From assembly GCA_031414955.1 (NCBI GenBank), contig JANOQV010000252.1:1-27872 (forward strand): 27,872 bases of DNA. The letters are read 5' to 3'. This DNA comes from Pedosphaera sp. GTDB lineage: Bacteria; Verrucomicrobiota; Verrucomicrobiia; Limisphaerales; SIBH01. Each line of letters opens with the position of its first letter. The stretch's first letter is position 1. This document shows positions 26,401-27,872 of this stretch, one piece after another. The position numbers were made by a program, and so were the translations under genes. The notes under the pieces are model-generated. The model worked only from the letters and a program-made list of their open reading frames with translations, was not told the origin of the DNA and did not search any database.

Positions 26401-27379
26401 CCGGATGATTCTGGATGACGGTGGCGGGAATCGCAGGCGGCGGCGGCACACTCTGCGCCGAGAGCGTGAGCTGATAATGCGGATCGGCAGCACCGGGCGA
26501 GACCGGCAGGCGGGCCGCATCGAGTCCGCTGTTGAAGAGCGTGGGGATGGACTCGAAATCGCCGAGCGGGGGCGGCGTGTTGCTGGCGTAGAAGACGGCG
26601 GGGCCGAAACTCCACGCGCTGTCATTGTAGCCGACATCGCGCCACGCGGTGCCGAGGTCGGTGCCGGTCGCGTCGTAGCGCCACGAACTGGCCAGCGCGA
26701 TGGGCGCGGCGTTCGAGGTCGTGATGGTGATGAGCGGAAAATTCTCGCGCCCCGGCGTGCCGCCGACTTGCGCGCTGGTCCGCCAGTTCGCGGAGGAACC
26801 GCTCGCGGAGTTGCGATGGAATTTCGCGAGTGACGGTCCCGCGCCGTCAGGGGCCACGGGCCATTCGCCTTCCACGCCGTAGCTCACCGAATCCATGAGG
26901 CGCTGGTTGTTGTTCCGCAGGTTCAACGTGTCACCCGTATTCGACAACCGTCCCAGCAGCGGACCCAGCACGTTCGTTGCGCCGGTCGCGGCGGTGAGTG
27001 TCGCAGGTGAAGTGGCGATGAGCAGATACTTCCCGCCGCCGAGCACCGTGCCTTCCGCGAAGGTGAACTGGATTCCACCCGTGAGCGCCCACCCGGAAAT
27101 GTCCATGTCCACGGCCATCTGGTTGTGCAACTCGACCCACTCGAGCTGCGCCTCGTTGGTCGCGTTCGGGTGGTACATCACCTCGGTGAACACGACCGTG
27201 CTGTCGGCGCGGACGTGAGCGGTGAGCAGCAGCGTGCCGGCGAGGAGCAGTGTAGCCCAGGATACTGGCGACGGGCACACCGGAGCGGAGCGCCGAGCAT
27301 CGCTCGGCCCGAGGGGCGGGCACTCACACTCTGGCCGAGCAATGCTCGGCGCTCCAGACGGGACGAAACAGAACTTCAT
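20417..27379 (-). CDS. Large secreted lamin-tail-domain / CotH-kinase-family protein (2320 aa)
   Basis: Signal peptide (WATLLLAGTLLLTAHVRA/DS). About six LTD-type repeats (VVFTEVMYHP..EWVELHN, IVINEIMY..WLELFN, VVVNEIHY..FVELHN, LWLNELL..WIELFN, VVINEFVA..WFELYN; most end in TPGxxN). CotH-like core around 22346-23440 (ADSY..GHNFMLW..GKALAFPWDMD). Start uncertain: ATG 27379 or GTG 27280. Confidence 0.88.
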   Translation of the reverse strand: MKFCFVPSGAPSIARPECECPPLGPSDARRSAPVCPSPVSWATLLLAGTLLLTAHVRADSTVVFTEVMYHPNATNEAQLEWVELHNQMAVDMDISGWALTGGIQFTFAEGTVLGGGKYLLIATSPATLTAATGATNVLGPLLGRLSNTGDTLNLRNNNQRLMDSVSYGVEGEWPVAPDGAGPSLAKFHRNSASGSSANWRTSAQVGGTPGRENFPLITITTSNAAPIALASSWRYDATGTDLGTAWRDVGYNDSAWSFGPAVFYASNTPPPLGDFESIPTLFNSGLDAARLPVSPGAADPHYQLTLSAQSVPPPPAIPATVIQNHPAWLANDGTSAWLGPVNPGVNNVAAGPYNFRTTFDLTGYSLAGANLLMSVAVDNDLSDVRLNGASRGISFSGFNAFSGNFAITNGFTAGTNTLEFLTVNGGAGANPAGFRVKVSGLARRSVPLNTALPVTPVTYYFRNKFVVSGSPVVTGLRLRPIIADGAVFYLNGVEVLRFNMPGGTITAATTAVTNITNAALSGLIDLPTGSLVTGTNVLAVEVHRGPSAPADALFGAELTVTTTNFPAAPLPSVAFNELESATNVNFGFELINHGGTTASLDGCKLVRLGGAYREYTFNGLSLAPGGLVFIPRTTIGFSADAGDKLVLYTPGQSNVLDAVVAKRTARARLPDGTGSWFVTTQSTLGFSNVVALNDAIVINEIMYDHRALPATPASFAPTNIAVSITNLWRYNQLGTDLGTMWRETNYNDASWLSGRALHYVTPSVLPAAKNTALRLTNAAGTRLITWYFRTPFVFTGDVASAELSLRTVIDDGAVFYLNGVEVLRQNMLAGAVSYTNLASPSVATPVYTGPFSIPNTSLVLGTNWLAAEVHQFSTNGIFASLDVVFGAELTATSFLTPAQPQRESPESWLELFNRSSNAVNLTGWKLNDGIDFDFATNQIIPPGGYLVIAKDPAFLQTLYPALPVLGPFGKTLSHRSDRIRLEDALGNPADEVRYFSEGRWPRLAHGGGSSLELRDPRADNAQAEAWAASAESGKTTWATYTYRGIAAVETAASPTLWKEFVLGLIDAGEVLLDDISVIDSPAGAATQLIQNGGFESGMGTWRFLGNHQASVITDPSNGANHVLRLVATGSTEHMHNHGETTLAGGASVINGREYEISFRAKWIGGNNALLTRLYFNRLPRVTQIAVPALNGTPGAVNSRYATNIGPTYTGFSHTPAVPAASEPVPVFVRAADPDGVTNVTLRWSVNGGAWNQSAMTAQAGGHVANVPGQIAGTLVQFYVEGSDALGVKSTYPAGGTNSRALYRVNDGNAIADALHNLRILMTDADTTLLHAPTNVMSNDRMGATIIYNEQQVFYDLSLHLQGSQRGRNDSSRVGFTISFQPDDLFRGVHGGISIDRSGGYSGLGGKHDEILLKHMINHAGGLPGMYDDFVHVIAPRAQENGTGLMMMAKYGDVFLDSQYENGNDGDLFKLELIYFPLSTVDGNVQSFKLPNPDDVLGVDFQDLGADQESYRWNYLKENNQGGDRWDQMMAVAKMFSLNGAAIDAPSQKLLDVNEWCRAFAIESLFGIADSYGFGLGHNFMLWFRPEDGKALAFPWDMDFDFWNPTSAPLLPSANVTKIFNLPANQRLFYSHLYDLTTTTYNTAYMSRWTTHYASLMGQNWSSALGYIGSRNSFVLSQLPTAMAFAITSNGGNDFTVNNNLVSLTGTAPIRVEYIEVNGIRYALTWTSTTAWSLSVPVGTGTNNLALQAYDRYGRLLTNVLDTIQVVNNSAVPSPLGFVVVNEIHYHATNTAGGFVELHNTHPSVAFDLSNWRLDGADFTFAEGSVILPGNFFVVASDTNVFTLTYTNAPLPGGEYAGNLQNNGELLKLVRPVTTNLDEIIDAVRYGDTAPWPTNADGAGASLQVIDPTLERTRAANWAAAAPTPGATNSVRATLTPFPPLWLNELLVFNTNGIMDNFSEREPWIELFNRGSNSVNLTGLFLTDNLSNLTQWAFPAGGSLAAREFRVLWADGETNETATTNFHTSFRLTNSSGTIALVRTNAGRTEVLDYVDYFGLTPNRAFGSWPDGQPLDRQIFFFATPGASNNPAGAPVPVVINEFVADNAGPGGLRDPVDGLYQDWFELYNPNTNAFDLSGYFLTDTLAQPTKSPIPLNTFIAAHGFLLVWADNQLAQNGLSPFGDLHVNFQLSAGGEAIALFAPDGTLQSSVVFGPQFQNVGMGLFPEGSTNAGYRFMTNFTPRTANSTTPTPSVFPVSAVATTNTVTLSWPSLPGRTYRLLFKNDLAEPAWIQLGGDIAATSTLASTSVALTGLPQRFYQVQLVR
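27287..27355. repeat. REP-doublet (REPIN/BIME-like) inverted repeat inside the 5' end of the CotH gene
   Basis: GGAGCGCCGAGCATCGCTCGGCC (27287-27309) and GGCCGAGCAATGCTCGGCGCTCC (27333-27355) are 22/23 reverse complements. Each arm is itself a hairpin preceded by GGAG. Confidence 0.75.
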
Positions 27380-27416
27380 AAAGCAAAAGAGACCGGGGAC
27401 TCGCGCCCCCGGTCTC
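27380..27416 (-). terminator. Rho-independent terminator-like hairpin between the two minus-strand secreted-protein genes
   Basis: The minus strand reads GAGACCGGGG-gcgcgagt-CCCCGGTCTC-TTTTGCTTT-ATG: a perfect 10-bp stem plus a U-rich tail. Confidence 0.75.
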
Positions 27417-27435
27417 GCAGATTAGCACATCTCGA

Positions 27436-27872
27436 TTACGGCAGGACGCGGAAGAACACCGCCGGCGCGTTCGTGGTGTAGGCCGTCGTGGGACTCACCG
27501 TGCTGATGGTCGTCCACGGGCCGGTCACGTCCGGCGCGGATTGCAACCGATCGCAGCCGCCCGTGGGCGTCCACGAAATCGAGAGCGTGTCCGGCGCGGT
27601 GAGCGTGATGCTCAATGTCGGGGCCACGGTGTCGCGGATGCGCACCAGGCCGTCGAGGTCCACGCGCAGCGCGGTCGGGTTCGGCGTGGCGGGCGCGTTG
27701 TTCATGATGAAGTCCACCGTGTTCGGTCCGCCGACGAAACCATTCGTGACCACGAACGGCACGAAGGCCGTGAAGCTGCCGCCGCTGACGCCCTGCGACA
27801 CGCCGTTGACCACGATGTCGAGGAGCGAGTTGTCCACGGCGAACTGGCCGGCGAGCCGGAAGGTGCAGAGAT
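27436..27872 (-). CDS. 3' end of a secreted protein (partial; continues beyond the window)
   Basis: The frame is open to the window edge (..LCTFRLAGQFAVDNSLLDIVVNG..). It has an AVDN..GF..GxNTxxF..NPxxxRV beta-sandwich module and a terminal LQSAPDVTGPW...FFRV module. Confidence 0.8.
   Translation of the reverse strand, partial: LCTFRLAGQFAVDNSLLDIVVNGVSQGVSGGSFTAFVPFVVTNGFVGGPNTVDFIMNNAPATPNPTALRVDLDGLVRIRDTVAPTLSITLTAPDTLSISWTPTGGCDRLQSAPDVTGPWTTISTVSPTTAYTTNAPAVFFRVLP

Noticed and set aside
20951..26833. Long plus-strand ORFs (594, 467 and 575 aa) opposite the CotH gene, and similar antisense ORFs opposite actB, actF, the CcoN-like gene and the aminotransferase
   Set aside because: These are shadow ORFs expected from high-GC codon bias. 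They are Arg/His/Val-rich with no recognisable motifs and lie fully antisense to well-supported genes.
1..27872. CRISPR arrays, tRNA/rRNA genes, transposases or integrases
   Set aside because: No regularly spaced direct repeats, cloverleaf or rRNA signatures, or recombinase motifs were seen. The intergenic gaps are short.

Overview
GC-rich bacterial DNA, most likely Verrucomicrobiota. This is inferred from the style of the secreted proteins and the respiratory gene layout, not from a marker gene. From left to right the window holds a 1348-aa secreted multidomain protein, an orphan His-rich plant/fungal-type ureG, a class I/II aminotransferase and two receiver-domain genes. Next comes a tightly coupled 11-kb respiratory operon (7537-18600), preceded by a near-perfect Rex-type operator. 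It encodes a complete Alternative Complex III (actA-G) followed by an unusual cbb3-derived module. That module has a CcoN-like protein lacking all six canonical His ligands, a CcoO-like cytochrome with a ribosomal L7/L12 C-terminal-like domain inserted next to its heme motif, and a monoheme cytochrome c. No catalytically competent oxidase is in the operon. The rest is an AI-2E family permease, a probable gene remnant, a 2320-aa lamin-tail/CotH-kinase secreted protein with nested domains and an in-frame REP-doublet at its 5' end, and the 3' end of another secreted protein. All family assignments are by eye from motifs; no database searches were run.
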